64,000 nt of DNA from Acidobacteriota bacterium (GCA_021803035.1 JAJZME010000067.1:14236-78235); one strand, 5' to 3'; positions 30,773 to 41,846 are shown, counted from the first letter of the stretch. The notes: a model not told the origin generated them from the letters alone. Numbers and translations: made by a program.

Positions 30773-31936
30773 TTAGCCTTCCACCGTTCGCTTCAACTGC
30801 CCGCAGGCCGCGTAGATGTCGCGGCCGCGGGGTTTGCGCAGGTAGACGGCAATTCCCTCCTCTGCCAGCGCCCGGCGGAAATTCTCAACCGCGTCCGCTT
30901 CAGGCGTGGCGTACTCGATTCCGGGTCCGGGATTCCACGCGATCAGGTTCACCTTGACGGGCAGGCCGGTGCGGCGTACCAGCCGCGCCACTTCCCTTGC
31001 ATGCTCGGGGCGGTCGGTAACGCCGCCCAGAAGCACGTACTCGAACGTGATGCGCTCACGGGGCCGCAGCCTGACGGCGCGCACCGCGTCGACAACCGCC
31101 TCGATGGGCCACTTGCGGTTGATGGGCATCACTTCGCTGCGGATGCTGTCATTGGGCGCGTTGAGGCTGATAGCGAGCTTGGGGCGCACCTCGGCCGGCT
31201 CCTGCGCAAAGCGCTCGATGCCCGGCACCACGCCCGCAGTGGAAACCGTCATGCGCCGTGGGCTCAGGCCGACCTCGTTGACCAGCAGGCGGACGGCAGC
31301 CATGAAGTTGTCGTAGTTCAGGAACGGCTCGCCCATACCCATGAAGACCAGGTTGACGCGGTCCCGGCCCACCTCGACACCGTGACGGTCCAGCACGGCG
31401 ACCACCTGGCCGGCAATTTCGCCGGTGGTGAGATTGCGCTGCAGGCCCAGCCGCGCGGTGAGGCAGAAGCGGCAGGCGACGGCGCAGCCGACCTGGCTTG
31501 AGACGCAGATCGTTGCCCGATCCCAGGTCTTTTCTTCTTCTTCTTCGCTGCCGTCGCCCGCCTCGCCGCCGTCGCCCTCCGGCATCCAGACGGTTTCTAC
31601 CGTCTGGGCATCAACCGTCTGGCAATCAATCAGATAGCGCTCGGTGCCATCCGCCGACCGGAAGACCTGCGCGATGGCCGGCCGACCCACCTTCCAGCCT
31701 GCTTCCACCAGGCGCCGGCGCAGCGGCTTGGCCAGAACGGTGATCGCGGCAATATCTGTAAGTCTTTGACAATAGATAGCTTCAGCCAACTGGCGGCCGC
31801 GCCAGGCAGGTTCGCCTATTTTCGCCATAACGGCGGACAATGCCGCTGCATCCAATCCGAAGAGGGATTTTGGGCTTTCGCCAACCAGGGCGCTGGCGTC
31901 TAAGTGAGCGAGTTGGTCAGAATCTGAAGGCACCAT
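30773..31936 (-). CDS. rlmN: 23S rRNA/tRNA (adenine-C2)-methyltransferase, radical SAM
   Basis: ATICVSSQVGCAVACRFCLT (CxxxCxxC), GMGEPFLNYDN, and C-terminal AACGQL. An acidic insertion (GDGSEEEEEK) lies before the radical-SAM motif. Confidence 0.92.
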   Translation of the reverse strand: MVPSDSDQLAHLDASALVGESPKSLFGLDAAALSAVMAKIGEPAWRGRQLAEAIYCQRLTDIAAITVLAKPLRRRLVEAGWKVGRPAIAQVFRSADGTERYLIDCQTVDAQTVETVWMPEGDGGEAGDGSEEEEEKTWDRATICVSSQVGCAVACRFCLTARLGLQRNLTTGEIAGQVVAVLDRHGVEVGRDRVNLVFMGMGEPFLNYDNFMAAVRLLVNEVGLSPRRMTVSTAGVVPGIERFAQEPAEVRPKLAISLNAPNDSIRSEVMPINRKWPIEAVVDAVRAVRLRPRERITFEYVLLGGVTDRPEHAREVARLVRRTGLPVKVNLIAWNPGPGIEYATPEADAVENFRRALAEEGIAVYLRKPRGRDIYAACGQLKRTVEG

Positions 31937-32081
31937 TGGGCCCAGAATAGAGCATTTTCACGGTATGCGCCGTACGCCAGGCAGAGGGTCGGCGTATGGT
32001 CTCCGGTCTGCTCCGAAAGCCGCCGCGCGACCGTGTACGCAATCCAAAGCTGGCCTACAATACGTAATTGACTGGTAGAGC

Positions 32082-33356
32082 GTGAATACAGAACGCAACC
32101 TTCGCCGCACTATATTGCCGAACGGTCTGATCGTGCTGACCGAACGAATGGATCATCTGCGTTCGGTGGCCATGGGCGTGTGGATCAAATCGGGCTCACG
32201 GTGTGAGCCGCCGGAGACGAACGGCATCTCGCATTTCGTCGAGCACATGCTCTTTAAGGGCACCCGTTCGCGTACAGCGCAGTTGATCGCGCGCGAGATG
32301 GACTCGATCGGTGGCAATCTGGACGCTTTCACCGGCAAAGAAACCATCTGCTTCAACGTCAAGTCGCTCTCCGACCACGCGCCCGTGGCGCTGGATGTGC
32401 TGGCCGATCTGGTGCTCAACCCCGTCTTCGCCGTGCCCGACATCGAGCGCGAGCGCGGCGTGATTCTGGAAGAGATCAAGATCGACGAGGACAATCCCGA
32501 CGTCCTGGTGCACGAGCTGTTCACGCAGAGCTTCTGGAAGGGGCATCCACTGGGCAAGCCGATCCTGGGCACGACGGAGACGGTCGGGCGCCTCGTGCAG
32601 CCGCAGCTTTTCGATTACCACGCAGACCGCTTCCATGCAGGAAACATGATCTTTTCCGCAGCCGGGAACCTGGATCATGACCAGTTTGTAGAGGCGGTTG
32701 CCGGAAAGTTCTCCCGGATGCCCGGCGGCGCCACGCTGGCCGAGTTGCCGGCGCCCGAAGCCAGCGCACGCATCATCCTGCGCAATAAGAAGGCACTGGA
32801 ACAGGTCCAGATCTGCCTGGGCGTACCCGCGCCTCCCATCACCGACGAGAACCGCTACGCATCCCTGATTATGAACACGGTGCTGGGCGGCGGCATGAGT
32901 TCGCGGCTCTTTCAGACCATCCGCGAGGAGCGCGGCATGGTCTACTCGATCTACTCCGACCTGAGCCCTTACCGCGACACGGGCACGCTTTGCGTCTATG
33001 CGGGCACCTCCGCCGGCAAGGCGCTCGACGTGATCGACCTCATCGTGGCCGAGTTCCGCAACCTGAAGGAGGTTCCGCTCGGCGACGAGGAGCTGACCCG
33101 TGCCAAGGACCAACTGAAGGGCAACATCCTGCTGGGTCTGGAAAGCTCCAGTTCGCGCATGGCAAATCTGGCGCGGCAGGAGATGTACTTCCGCCAGTTC
33201 TTCACCGTTGACGAGATCATTGCGCGCATCGACCAGGTGGATGCCGCTCAAGTGCAGGCGATGGCCCGGCGGCTCTTCGACCCGGCGCGGATCGCGGTCA
33301 CCCTGCTGGGCCGCCTGGACGGATTGAAGCTGACCCGGACAAGGCTGGAGCGATAA
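32082..33356 (+). CDS. M16-family (pitrilysin/insulinase-like) zinc peptidase
   Basis: GISHFVEHMLFKGT carries the inverted zinc motif HxxEH. 424 aa with a GTG start. Confidence 0.88.
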   Translation: MNTERNLRRTILPNGLIVLTERMDHLRSVAMGVWIKSGSRCEPPETNGISHFVEHMLFKGTRSRTAQLIAREMDSIGGNLDAFTGKETICFNVKSLSDHAPVALDVLADLVLNPVFAVPDIERERGVILEEIKIDEDNPDVLVHELFTQSFWKGHPLGKPILGTTETVGRLVQPQLFDYHADRFHAGNMIFSAAGNLDHDQFVEAVAGKFSRMPGGATLAELPAPEASARIILRNKKALEQVQICLGVPAPPITDENRYASLIMNTVLGGGMSSRLFQTIREERGMVYSIYSDLSPYRDTGTLCVYAGTSAGKALDVIDLIVAEFRNLKEVPLGDEELTRAKDQLKGNILLGLESSSSRMANLARQEMYFRQFFTVDEIIARIDQVDAAQVQAMARRLFDPARIAVTLLGRLDGLKLTRTRLER

Positions 33357-33563
33357 AAGGCAGATCTCAGCTTTCAGTTTGCGGCCTCCTACTGTCGGCT
33401 CATCTTCTGGAGATTCGGTCTTCGGAGGCGAGCTAAGCGCTGAATGCTGAAAGCCAAAGGCAGCTTTTCGAGCGCCTGATTTCCTTTCCGCGTCGGTACG
33501 TTGTAGCATTTTTTGTGAGAATGAGTGGCGCTTCCCGCCCCGCTCCATGAGGCACTGAATCCC

Positions 33564-34097
33564 ATGAACCGCAAGCCTTCGCTCCTTATCCGCCGCGGCG
33601 CACAAGGTGGCCGGCAGCCCAACGGCTTTACGCTGATGGAGCTGCTCATCGTCATTGCCATCATTTTGATCCTCATGCTGATGGCGATTCCCACCTTCGG
33701 CACGCTGAAGAAACGGGCCAATGACCTGTCCGCCCTGAACTCGATCAAGACCATCAACAGCGCCGAGATTCAGTACGAATCCACGTATCCGGCTAACGGC
33801 TACGCTTGTTCGCTTACCGCATTGGGCGGCGATCCAAGCGCCGGCCCTCCGAGCCCGTCCGCCGCGCAGATTATCGAAGGCAACCTGACGACAGGGTTCA
33901 AATCGGGCTACATCTTCAAGATCGGCCACTGCACCAAGGTGACCGCGAACGGAACAGATCGGGTGACCGGGTATGAGGTGACCGCCGTGCCGCAGACCGT
34001 GGGCAAGACCGGCGACCGCGGATTCTGCAGCAACGAGACCGGCATCATCAAGTACGATCCGACCGGCGGCACGAACTGCACGCAGCAGCTCCAATGA
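33564..34097 (+). CDS. Type IV pilin-like protein (prepilin N-terminal methylation motif)
   Basis: The leader ends ...QPNG|FTLMELLIVIAIILILMLMAIP (class III signal peptide with Glu at +5). There are two Cys pairs in the C-terminal half. Start trimmed to the ATG at 33564. Confidence 0.8.
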   Translation: MNRKPSLLIRRGAQGGRQPNGFTLMELLIVIAIILILMLMAIPTFGTLKKRANDLSALNSIKTINSAEIQYESTYPANGYACSLTALGGDPSAGPPSPSAAQIIEGNLTTGFKSGYIFKIGHCTKVTANGTDRVTGYEVTAVPQTVGKTGDRGFCSNETGIIKYDPTGGTNCTQQLQ

Positions 34098-34765
34098 GCG
34101 CGGGCCGGCTTCTACTGCGCCGCGGCTGCCTGTTTGTGGGCGGCTGCGGCGTATCTGCGCTGCTGTTCGCGCAATCCGCCGCTCCCAATGCCAGGACACT
34201 GGCGCAGCGAGTGGACCGCCATTACAACAGCCTGCACTCGCTCAAAACCGGATTTTCAGAAACCTACAAGGGCCTGGGAATGGACCGCACCGAGAGCGGA
34301 ACCATGCTGCTGCGAAAGCCCGGGCGCATGCGCTGGAATTACACCTCGCCCGCGGGCAAGCTCTTCCTGCTCGACGGGAAATATGCCTGGTCGTATACGC
34401 GCGGCGATGCGCAGGTGCAGCGCCTGCCCGCCAAAGACCTCAGCGACCTGCGCTCGCCGCTACGCTATCTGCTGGGCCACGCCGAGCTGGCACGCGAGCT
34501 GAAGCACCTGACCGCGGCCCAAGCGGCGGGCGGCCAATACACCCTGACCGGCGTTCCCACGGGGACGGACAACCGCATCACGCGCGTTACTTTGACGGTA
34601 ACCGCCGACGGGATCATCAACGAGATCGCGATTCAGCAGATCGACGGCTCACTGACCAGCTTCACCTTCACCGGCCAGCAGCCCAACGCTCCCATCCCGC
34701 CCGGGACGTTTCACTTTACGCCGCCGCCGGGCGTGCCGGTGGTGGACGCGCTGCCGCCAGTGTAA
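34094..34765 (+). CDS. lolA: Outer-membrane lipoprotein carrier LolA-like protein
   Basis: Signal peptide. Y.SL.TGFSETY.......ESGTMLLRKPGRMRWNYTSP....LLDGKYAW.Y is the LolA pattern. The start overlaps the pilin stop (ATGA). Confidence 0.8.
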   Translation: MSAGRLLLRRGCLFVGGCGVSALLFAQSAAPNARTLAQRVDRHYNSLHSLKTGFSETYKGLGMDRTESGTMLLRKPGRMRWNYTSPAGKLFLLDGKYAWSYTRGDAQVQRLPAKDLSDLRSPLRYLLGHAELARELKHLTAAQAAGGQYTLTGVPTGTDNRITRVTLTVTADGIINEIAIQQIDGSLTSFTFTGQQPNAPIPPGTFHFTPPPGVPVVDALPPV

Positions 34766-35763
34766 GCCTCGGCCGAGGCCGGCTGCAGGGTTGGATTGCT
34801 CTGGATTGCACCCCGCTTGACAGGAACCAGATCGAGCGGCTCGGTCAGCGTAAAGAGCAGCGAAGAGCCAGGTTCGAGCGTCGCCTGCGGGTGGTTGACC
34901 AGCAGATGGGCGGTAATGGCCGCCGCGCCGATCACGGTGCCGGCCAGCGCTCCGGCCGGCCCGCCCAGGAGCGCGCCGGCTGCCGCGCCTGCTCCGACGC
35001 CGCCGCCGTATTCGATGCTGTCCCGTTTCCACTGCACGCCGGGCGTAATGGTGCCTTCCGCTCCGACACGGGCGTGCGATCCAGGCGCTCCGCTCACCAT
35101 GGCGTACATCTGGTAGCGGGTACCGTCGGGCAGAATCACGGTCTCCGGGCGCAGATCCATATAGCCCGCGGCGCCAAACCCGCCGCTTGAAACCCTCATC
35201 ACCTTGCCCTCGATCTCGGACCCGGTGGGAATCACTACCGTGCCGTCCTCCAGCACATCCTGCGTTACCCGGCTGCGGAATGTGTCGCCGGCCCGGTTGA
35301 GCGCGGTTGAGAGCTGATTGAGCAGCCGGACGTGAATCACGGTTCCATAGCCCACTTCGCCGGGAGGCGGCGGCTGCGGATGCACGATGCCGCCGTCGGG
35401 AACGGCGGCGTAAATACGCGCCCACCCGCTCTGTTCGTCGACCGGCCCCTGGCCGTTGGCCGTGTACTGAGAAGGCTGCACAATGCCAGCATCCGTGCCG
35501 TCGCCGGAAGAATATCCCTGCGCCGAGACCGGCTGCGCCGAAGCGAGTACCGCCGGAGATGGCTTGGCCTCGGGCGCAGCTTCCTGAGCCGGGGCGGGTT
35601 GCGCCGCGGGCGGCTGGGGCTGGGACGGCACCTGGTCAACGATGGTGCTGTTCGGAGGCGGGTGCGAGACTCCCTCGTAGGGGTTCGACTGGCCCGACTG
35701 CTGCGCCGCCACAAAAGCAGCTGAGGCGGTAAAGAGTGCACAAATAAAGATCACCCGTTTCAT
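34711..35763 (-). CDS. Secreted protein with Pro/Gln-rich linker, beta domain and glycine-zipper segment
   Basis: Start trimmed to MKRVIFICALFTASAAFVAAQQ. It has a PQPPAAQPAPAQEAAPEAKP linker and a C-terminal GGGVGAGAAAGALLGGPAGALAGTVIGAAAI glycine zipper. The 3' end overlaps lolA by 55 nt (convergent). Confidence 0.55.
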   Translation of the reverse strand: MKRVIFICALFTASAAFVAAQQSGQSNPYEGVSHPPPNSTIVDQVPSQPQPPAAQPAPAQEAAPEAKPSPAVLASAQPVSAQGYSSGDGTDAGIVQPSQYTANGQGPVDEQSGWARIYAAVPDGGIVHPQPPPPGEVGYGTVIHVRLLNQLSTALNRAGDTFRSRVTQDVLEDGTVVIPTGSEIEGKVMRVSSGGFGAAGYMDLRPETVILPDGTRYQMYAMVSGAPGSHARVGAEGTITPGVQWKRDSIEYGGGVGAGAAAGALLGGPAGALAGTVIGAAAITAHLLVNHPQATLEPGSSLLFTLTEPLDLVPVKRGAIQSNPTLQPASAEAYTGGSASTTGTPGGGVK

Positions 35764-36140
35764 TTTGAACTCCTTTTCGAGAGCGGAGATCTTCACTCAA
35801 ATTAGAACCCCGCACGCGATCGAGAGTTGCACACGGCAGATACCATGGACTGCCGCTTGACAACTCGCCCATACTAAATAAGGCTAGCGCCGGGCTGGTC
35901 GCCGGAGAGGTAAAACCGCACTCCCCAATGCATCGCAGGTGCCCTGGACGCCACGTATCAACAAAGGCAACCCCGCGGCGCGCTTGCGCCGGCACCCCGG
36001 GCCGGATGGGATTTAAACGACTTACGCTCCATGTGATCTACGCCACAAAGAGCGGTAGCGTCCCATTTGCTAGAATCCGAACGGTACTAAAGCGAATTTC
36101 GAAGCACATTGTGAGTTGGACGGAAAGGAGATTTGCGTAA

Positions 36141-37541
<1,401 letters not shown>

Positions 37542-37565
37542 CCTTCATGCATCACGCGATTTACA

Positions 37566-37599
37566 GGAAGAGGGAGGATTCCGGTCCTTCCTCTTTTTT
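37566..37599 (+). terminator. Rho-independent terminator after eno
   Basis: A 10-bp stem AGAGGGAGGA (37569..37578) pairs with UCCUUCCUCU (37585..37594) with one G-U pair. The loop is UUCCGG, followed by UUUUU. Confidence 0.7.
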
Positions 37600-37825
37600 G
37601 TTGCGCCTCAATCTGCCAATGCGTGTCACCAGCCATGAGCGCACTACAAAAGCTTCGGCCTGCGGGTGGAATCTTTGTAATGCAAACGTGCAACATTCCA
37701 ACCGGACAAAACGGGAATCCCGGTCTTTCCCGATTACCGTGCAATGAACTTTGGTGCTATGGGTTGAAGAGAGAAATTGCTATAGAGTGACGATGAGGGA
37801 ATGATGCGGTCCGGAGATTTGCGGT

Positions 37826-38215
37826 GTGAGGACTTCGCCATCCAATTCGCCTGTTCCGTCCCTTTCTCCCGACTATTCCGTCGCTACACAAGAGGTGCGC
37901 AGCGGGGTACGGTTTCCTCTCGCGCTTCCCGTTGTGTTGTCGGCCGATGGGGTGGAATTAAAGGCGGTCACGCAGGACGTTTCGGCCAGCGGGGTGCTTT
38001 TCGAGCTTGACTGCCCATTGCGGGTAGGTCAGGAAATCCGCTTTTCTGTACAAATGCCCCGTGTGGTTCTTGGTTCGTCTCATGATATTCTGGTTCATTG
38101 TCTGGGACGTGTGGTACGCTGCTGCGAGGGATCATCGCACTTTTTAGCCGCTTCCACGATCGATGACTATGAGTTCGCGGAGCCGGAGAGGCTGCCGATG
38201 GTTTTAGGCCAATGA
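37826..38215 (+). CDS. PilZ-domain protein
   Basis: RSGVRFPLALPVVL...AVTQDVSASGVLFE fits the RxxxR ... D.S.GG PilZ pattern in slightly degenerate form. GTG start. The stop overlaps the next start. Confidence 0.6.
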   Translation: MRTSPSNSPVPSLSPDYSVATQEVRSGVRFPLALPVVLSADGVELKAVTQDVSASGVLFELDCPLRVGQEIRFSVQMPRVVLGSSHDILVHCLGRVVRCCEGSSHFLAASTIDDYEFAEPERLPMVLGQ

Positions 38216-38961
38216 TGAATACACTCGATGATTCTTCCAACGGCGAAGTAGTTGATGCTCCGGCAAAGCCGGGGACTATCCGCATCATTCTCGCGGACTC
38301 GCAGGCAATCTATCGGGTGGGTATCCGCAAGGTCTTCGCCTTGGAGGATGACATCCGCGTCGTGGCGCAGGCGGATTCACTGGAGAATCTGCGGCTGGCT
38401 GTCGAACGCTACCCCTCTGACATTGTGCTGCTCGACGGGGGCATGCTGGCCGGCACGCCCAACGCCATCCCCGAGTTGTTGCAGCTGGCCCCCGATGCAA
38501 AGCTCATTGTGCAGTCCGTCGCGACCGACGAAAACCTCACCGTGGAACTGTACCGCCGCGGAGTGCGGGGCATCATCTCCCGCTCGATTTCGCCGGATTT
38601 GCTGGTTCGCTGCGTGCGCAGAATCGCGGCCGGGGAAACTTGGATCGACAATCAATCGGTGAATTGGGTCATCGAGGCCTACCGCGCTCAGGCAGCGGCT
38701 CTGGTGAATCCGCGCAACCAGCCCCACCTCTCCGCCAAGGAGATGGCGATCATCACCTGCATCACCCAGGGCAAACGCAATAAGGAGATCGCCTATCAGC
38801 TTGGTACCACCGAGCAGGTGATCAAGAACTATCTGCGCAAGATCTATGACAAGCTGGGCGTCAGCGACCGGCTTGAGCTGGCCCTCTACTGCCTCCATAA
38901 CAAGGTCATTCAGGCCGATGGAAATGAAGAGTTGGTGGCGCAGCGGGTCATCGGCGCATAG
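38212..38961 (+). CDS. NarL/FixJ (LuxR)-type response regulator, atypical receiver
   Basis: Receiver domain (IRIILADSQ...DIVLLDGGM...) plus LuxR HTH (LSAKEMAIITCITQGKRNKEIAYQLGTTEQVIKNYLRKIYDKLGVSDRLELALY). Confidence 0.85.
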   Translation: MMNTLDDSSNGEVVDAPAKPGTIRIILADSQAIYRVGIRKVFALEDDIRVVAQADSLENLRLAVERYPSDIVLLDGGMLAGTPNAIPELLQLAPDAKLIVQSVATDENLTVELYRRGVRGIISRSISPDLLVRCVRRIAAGETWIDNQSVNWVIEAYRAQAAALVNPRNQPHLSAKEMAIITCITQGKRNKEIAYQLGTTEQVIKNYLRKIYDKLGVSDRLELALYCLHNKVIQADGNEELVAQRVIGA

Positions 38962-38999
38962 ACCATAGCCTCACCCCTGAATTGTCCCGCCTTTGCGTT

Positions 39000-39557
39000 T
39001 CACTCGCCCGATGAAGGCGCTACGCTCTTCGGGTCCGCGCTCCCGGCTGGATGGCTCGACACGCAGCGATTCCGCGCAAGCTCCAGCAGCCCGATGAGAG
39101 CGGCAAGATCGGCGGCGCTCATATGCCCCAGCAGTTCGCCCGGCGCCTTTTGAACCACTGGGTCCATCTCCGCCAGCAGCCGCAAACCGGCTTCGGATAT
39201 CTGCGTCCAGACCACGCGGCGGTCGTGCCGGTCATGCTGCTGGCGAATGAGCTTGAGCGCCTTCAGCCGCCCCAGCAGGCGCGTGATATCCGGCTCAGCG
39301 GTGATCATGCGCTCCCCGATGGCCGAACAGGTAAGCCCGGCCGGCTGCGCGCCGCGCAGAATCCGCAGCACGTTGTACTGGGTCGCGGTCACGCCCCACG
39401 GCCGGATTTTGCGGTGCAGAGCGCGCTGCAGGCAGTCGGAGGTACGCAGCAGGTTCAGCAGTGCTTCTTCCTCCGCGCTGAAGAAGGGCCGCTGCTGCTC
39501 AATTTCAACTTTCAGACCGGCCACCTGCGTGCTCCCTTCGTTCGTTCGTCGCGGCAA
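39000..39557 (-). CDS. MarR-family transcriptional regulator
   Basis: GVTATQYNVLRILRGAQPAGLTCSAIGERMITAEPDITRLLGRLKALKLIRQQHDRHDRRVV is a winged-helix MarR signature. TTG start in the track. Confidence 0.85.
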   Translation of the reverse strand: MPRRTNEGSTQVAGLKVEIEQQRPFFSAEEEALLNLLRTSDCLQRALHRKIRPWGVTATQYNVLRILRGAQPAGLTCSAIGERMITAEPDITRLLGRLKALKLIRQQHDRHDRRVVWTQISEAGLRLLAEMDPVVQKAPGELLGHMSAADLAALIGLLELARNRCVSSHPAGSADPKSVAPSSGE

Positions 39558-39587
39558 AAAGCGGTGTGGTTCCCTGCCCTGTTGCGA

Positions 39588-40163
39588 TTATTGTTTAACG
39601 ATTGCCAGCTTGATCAGCAACTTCACCTGGTCACCCACAATCGCCGACGGGTACTCCGTCCCGATCCCGAAGGCGATTCTGTCGATGGTTGTGGTGGCGG
39701 AAAAGCTGGAACGTGTCTCACCGCCGGGGCCCTGAACCGGCGGTGTTGGCCCCTTCACATTCAGCACTACGGGCCGGGTTACGCCGTGCAGCGTCAGGTT
39801 GCCGTGGATCCACAAGCCGTCGCCGTTCTTCGATACGCTGGTACTGACAAAGGTAGCCGTGGGAAAGCGGCTCACATCGAAGAAATCGGAGCTTTTGAGC
39901 TCGTCGTCGCGGCCCGATTCGCCCGTATCGACGGTGTTCACGCCCACGGTGGCAAGCACGCTCGTCTGCGCCACGTTGTCCGGGTTGTAATGGATGGTCG
40001 CCTTCACATCTCCGAAGTGACCTTGCACGTTGGAGATGCTCAAGTGCCGGATGGTAAAGCTAACTTCGCTCTGCGCGGGGTCGGATTTCCAGGTTGAGGT
40101 TTGCGCCAATGCCAGCGGGGCAGCCAGGAAAAAGATTCCGGCCGTAACTGCCAAAAACTTCAT
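39588..40163 (-). CDS. YceI-family periplasmic protein
   Basis: Signal peptide. W..DP..SEVSFTIRHL.ISNVQGHF......I.Y.P and LTLHGVTRPV are YceI-like lipid/polyisoprenoid-binding motifs. Confidence 0.85.
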   Translation of the reverse strand: MKFLAVTAGIFFLAAPLALAQTSTWKSDPAQSEVSFTIRHLSISNVQGHFGDVKATIHYNPDNVAQTSVLATVGVNTVDTGESGRDDELKSSDFFDVSRFPTATFVSTSVSKNGDGLWIHGNLTLHGVTRPVVLNVKGPTPPVQGPGGETRSSFSATTTIDRIAFGIGTEYPSAIVGDQVKLLIKLAIVKQ

Positions 40164-40607
40164 TGCAATTCTTCCTTTCGGTAAGGGGCCACATTGACCT
40201 TTAAAAGCAGGGAGGAATAGACCTCACAGGTACACACGGGATCAAGCTTGCGCCCCGCGCCGAGCTTTGCTCCAAACCAGGCCCACGGGGTTGCATTCCC
40301 CGTTGGACGGCTCAAAGTCCGCGCCTTTTACGAAAATCAACTTACACGAAGCCCGCATAGCCCCGGCGGGCTTGTACGCGCTTGAAGCTGGACCGGAAAA
40401 AGCAGGCACTGTTCCGCAGCTTCTTGGGCCGGAGGGAATCCTGACCCGGCGTTGGCCTAAATCGGACACTCCCCCTATTTTTAGGATGGCTTACGCCCGG
40501 TCTTTGTTGCAACAGCTTTCCCGCGTCAAGGCTCTTGCCCGCCTCGGAAAAGTCAATGACGGCACGGGAAAAGCGCAACACAGAACCAGTCTGTTATCCT
40601 CTCGGCA

Positions 40608-41846
40608 ATGTCCCTCAGAGATCAATTCATGCGGCTCAGCCGCGCGCAGCGTCGCGCCTTTCTGGCTGCATTCATGGGATGGACGCTTGATAGCTTGGAC
40701 TTCTTTCTGCTGATCTTCTGCGTCAAGGCAATAGCCGGCGAGTTTCACACGCAGGTATCGGCCATCATGGGCGCGGTCTTTCTTACGCAGGCTTTCAGGC
40801 CCGTGGGCGCGCTTGTCTTCGGCGTTCTGGCCGATCGCTACGGCCGCCGCCCGGTGCTGATCGCCAACATTCTTGGTTTTTCGATCATTGAGCTGGGGTG
40901 CGCCTTTGCGCCATCGCTCAACGTGCTGCTGGCGCTGCGTGCGCTGTTCGGCGTCGCCATGGGCGGAGAGTGGGGCGTGGGCGCGGCGCTGGCCTTTGAA
41001 ATCCTGCCCAGCGATGGCCGTGGCGCCTTCTCGGGCATCCTCCAGGAAGGCTACGCCCTGGGATCGATTCTGGCTTCGATCGCCTTCGGGCTCTTGTTCG
41101 ACTACATCGGCTGGCGGGGACTGTTTATCCTGGGCGCGCTGCCGGCGTTACTGGCGCTCTATGTGCGACTCCATGTCCCCGAGTCTCCCGTCTGGGTTGC
41201 CGGCGCAAAGCATCGCGCCAAGCGGCAGGCGATGCCGTCGCGCCCCGCCCTGTCGCCGCATCTGCGTAAGTTTCTGCCCACCTTTCTTTTTCTCGTCGTG
41301 CTCATGACGGCCTTCATGAGCTTTTCACACGGCACGCAGGACCTGTATCCGACCTTCCTGGAGGTTCACGCCGGCCTGACGCCTTCCATCGTCGGATTCA
41401 TCGGCTTTCTCTATGGCCTCGGCTCCATTGCCGGCGGCTACGTCTTCGGGGCGCTCTCAGAAAGCTGGGGACGCAAGCGTGCGATCGTGACGGCCGCGCT
41501 GCTGTCGATCCCCATCATTCCGCTCTACGCTTACGGACATTCGGCCGTTGCGCTGTGCATTGGCGCAGTGCTGATGCAGTTCATGGTGCAGGGAGCATGG
41601 GGCGTGGTTCCCGCCTATCTCAATGAGCTTGCGCCGGGCCCGGTTCGCGCCACCGCTCCCGGTGTGGCCTATCAAACCGGCGCACTGCTCACCTCGTGGA
41701 ACGGCAAAGGACAGGCGCTTGCCGCCGAACATTGGCATAACTATCCGGCGGTGCTGGCGATTACAGTGCTGGTGGTGGCATTAACCCTGGCCGGCCTGGC
41801 GGCGATGGGACATGAGGCAAAAGGCAGAGAGATGACCGCCGATTAG
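40608..41846 (+). CDS. MFS transporter (paralog of 420..1718)
   Basis: 412 aa. FLAAFMGWTLDSLDFFLLIF...GVLADRYGRRPVL. It is collinear with the first MFS gene. Confidence 0.85.
   Translation: MSLRDQFMRLSRAQRRAFLAAFMGWTLDSLDFFLLIFCVKAIAGEFHTQVSAIMGAVFLTQAFRPVGALVFGVLADRYGRRPVLIANILGFSIIELGCAFAPSLNVLLALRALFGVAMGGEWGVGAALAFEILPSDGRGAFSGILQEGYALGSILASIAFGLLFDYIGWRGLFILGALPALLALYVRLHVPESPVWVAGAKHRAKRQAMPSRPALSPHLRKFLPTFLFLVVLMTAFMSFSHGTQDLYPTFLEVHAGLTPSIVGFIGFLYGLGSIAGGYVFGALSESWGRKRAIVTAALLSIPIIPLYAYGHSAVALCIGAVLMQFMVQGAWGVVPAYLNELAPGPVRATAPGVAYQTGALLTSWNGKGQALAAEHWHNYPAVLAITVLVVALTLAGLAAMGHEAKGREMTAD

Noticed and set aside
32196-34199. Very long antisense or overlapping ORFs: 667 aa at 32196..34199(-), 496 aa at 6015..7505(+), 412 aa at 19879..21117(+), 411 aa at 49851..51086(+), 404 aa at 43717..44931(-), 386 aa at 22505..23665(-), and others.
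   Set aside because: All lie opposite or out of frame to genes with unambiguous family signatures. They are Arg/Ala/Gly/His-rich with no motifs, the classic shadow ORFs of high-GC DNA.
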